From: Parasitella parasitica NRRL 2501
Lineage: Eukaryota > Fungi > Mucoromycota
Assembly (NCBI GenBank): GCA_025201805.1
Contig: MU619258.1
Coordinates: forward strand, 209,590-273,589
Direction: 5' to 3'
DNA length: 64,000 nt
In this document: positions 62,091-64,000 of the stretch, piece after piece
How the letters are laid out: each line of letters starts with the position of its first letter
How positions within the stretch are numbered: position 1 is the stretch's first letter
Position numbers and translations under genes: made by a program
The notes under the pieces: model-generated
Seen by the model: only the letters and a program-made list of their open reading frames with translations
What the model was told of the DNA's origin: nothing
Database searches by the model: none

Positions 62091-62593
62091 CTGGGGAACA
62101 AAAGGTGACAACACTACGCCAATGGACCTCGGCGTAGCTAGTAAAGCGATAATAACAGAAAAAGGCGTTGAAGCTGTTGAAGTAGAAGTAGAAGACGATA
62201 TAGATGCTACTGACAAGGATTACGACCAAGCATTAGAAAGCCTGCTAATGAAACCTGAGGCAGTAAGAGAGGTAACGCGCTTTAGCATCCCACATTGAAC
62301 AAAAGCATTAATAAAGTAATTAGAGTCGAGCACCCAAAACGAAACAGGACGACTATTATCGAGGATTCCGTACCCGTTTGGTCCTTACCTGGATAGGTTG
62401 CAATGCAATGCTTGTTGCATTCGTTACCAGTGGCAGTTTCCAGTCACTTTTGCCAAATAGTGAACCAGATGAATATTCTAATACCATTGGAGCAGCTTAC
62501 ACTGGCTTTATTTTGTGGATGGTGGCTGCTATGGCAGCATTTAGATTCATCGGGAGTTTGCTATACCTTATACTTCGATGCTTTAATTTGTAA
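62091..62593 (+). CDS. 3' end of a division-1 (class I-III) chitin synthase; 5' part missing in this assembly
   Basis: (S)WGTKGDN, QDDYYRGFRTRLVLTW..N and YTGFILWMVAAMAAFRFIGSLLY; one intron ~62272-62323. Confidence 0.85.
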
Positions 62594-62842
62594 ATCATTC
62601 GCTAAAAAATATTAAAAAAAAAAAAAAGAAAAGATACAGACCATGCTAATCGTGCTCTTCGAAGATGTCTTTATCAACAGTTACAATGACGAGTTGGCAT
62701 TTGCTTGCCAATATATGTAGAATAAGCCACTTGGTGTTCATATAAAATGCGGCTAATGCTGTGTTATGCGGTGCATAAAAAACTAGTAGAGGAGACTTTA
62801 TTCTTTTTCTTCTTTTTTCATACCTTAAAAAACCAGAATAAC

Positions 62843-64000
62843 ATGGAGGAAAATTTGGAAGCCGGTAACAAGTATTTTCAACAGGGCGAGAAGGCGTAAG
62901 TTTTATGATCTAAAGTTTTGGCAATACAAATCGCTTTGACCATGCATCACAGTGCTTCGAAAAGTTTCTTTAGAAAGCCTGACTGGGATCTTGCTGCTAG
63001 TTACTTTGAAAATGCTGGTAATGTCGAGTTCAGGGAGCCCATCGAAAACTGTCAGCTAAACATTATTCTCGTTGCAATAGCTACCAACTTTAAAATCGCA
63101 CAGTCTTACAAGCTAGCTGTAGGCGCATATGAAAAAGCTTCAGATGCTTATTTTAAATCAGATGGGTTAGAACCACATGCATTTTTAGCTGCATGAGTCG
63201 CACTCACTATGTCTTTAATCTACTTTGCAGCATCCATCTAGCAGGAAAAGCTCTCGAAAATGCGGCATTCATTTTGAATCAAAACCTGAACGATCCTAAA
63301 CGTGCTGCTAGTGCCTATCAGCGTGCTAGCAACTATTTTATGGCGCAAGGTACGTCCAAGATGTGGTTAATTCAGAGAGTGTAACCATGTTCTCTAGGTA
63401 GTATTGATAGAGCTGCTGAACAACTGGAAAAGGCAGGACGGTAAATGACGAATGGGGGAGGGGTTCTTTTGTGCGGACGCATTCGTTAATACGGCAATAG
63501 TGCTCTTGAAAATGTTGATATGAATGAATCTTTTGAAATGTACAGCAAAGCATGCTCTTTGTACGAACAAGAAGATAGAGGACGGTTCGCAATTGAGATA
63601 TTCAAGAGGGCCATTTCATTACTAATCAGAAACAAAAAGCAAGTAATCATAATATGTGTGTATGACACGACTACCAACACTTAATACAGGTATGACAAGG
63701 CAATCGACATGCTGAAACGAGAGTCTGTCATCCTCCAAAAATTCACCGCTAGATCCCAGTTGTATAAAGCCAATTTAAGTATTCTCATCCTGATTTTTGC
63801 CATTGGAGATGACGTTGAAGCTAGCAAACAGTTCAATAATATGTGCGGGTAGGTTTACAACTACATTCTCCATCGAAAATCACGGCCTCTGATTGCTGCA
63901 CTATATACAGAAACGACGCTGGATTTGCTCAAAGCGAAGAAGCCGAGATTGCCGAGAATATGCTGAAAGCGTTTGATGAGAGAGATCAAGAATTGTTAGT
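62843..64000 (+). CDS. Gamma-SNAP (NAPG)-like TPR protein, runs off window end
   Basis: FFRKPDWDLAASYFENA, HLAGKALENAA, DRAAEQLEKAG, GDDVEASK and FAQSEE..AFDERDQ, spread over many short exons. Confidence 0.82.

Overview
Eukaryotic, intron-rich, AT-rich fungal DNA, most consistent with a Mucorales (Mucoromycota) draft assembly. It has short GT-AG introns, long A/T homopolymers and two 10-N gaps; the genus cannot be fixed from sequence alone. About 25 protein-coding loci are recognisable: a Pho4/NUC-1-like bHLH factor, a small secreted 12-Cys protein, a VC0807-like membrane protein, tricalbin, a PAK/Ste20 kinase, Skn7, Arp4, an E. coli/plant-type isopropylmalate synthase, an SLC35F6-like transporter, an HMGB protein, Dic1, Vac8, Cca1, a SWIM-finger protein, PNP, a cytochrome P450, an intronless class 1A DHODH, an orphan 7TM-like protein and gamma-SNAP. 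An accessory island (~18.4-23.2 kb) holds a PD-(D/E)xK nuclease-like gene, a decayed divergent ORF, a 56-bp direct repeat and a Tc1/IS630 transposase relic. At ~62.0-62.1 kb the 5' half of an APH/ACAD10-type kinase gene abuts the 3' end of a chitin synthase across an A20-CAGATGT-A20 junction, which is either a real chimera or a misassembly. No rRNA, tRNA or CRISPR array was supportable. Multi-exon CDS coordinates are gene spans (start to stop) inferred by eye. All family assignments come from motif recognition, not from database searches.
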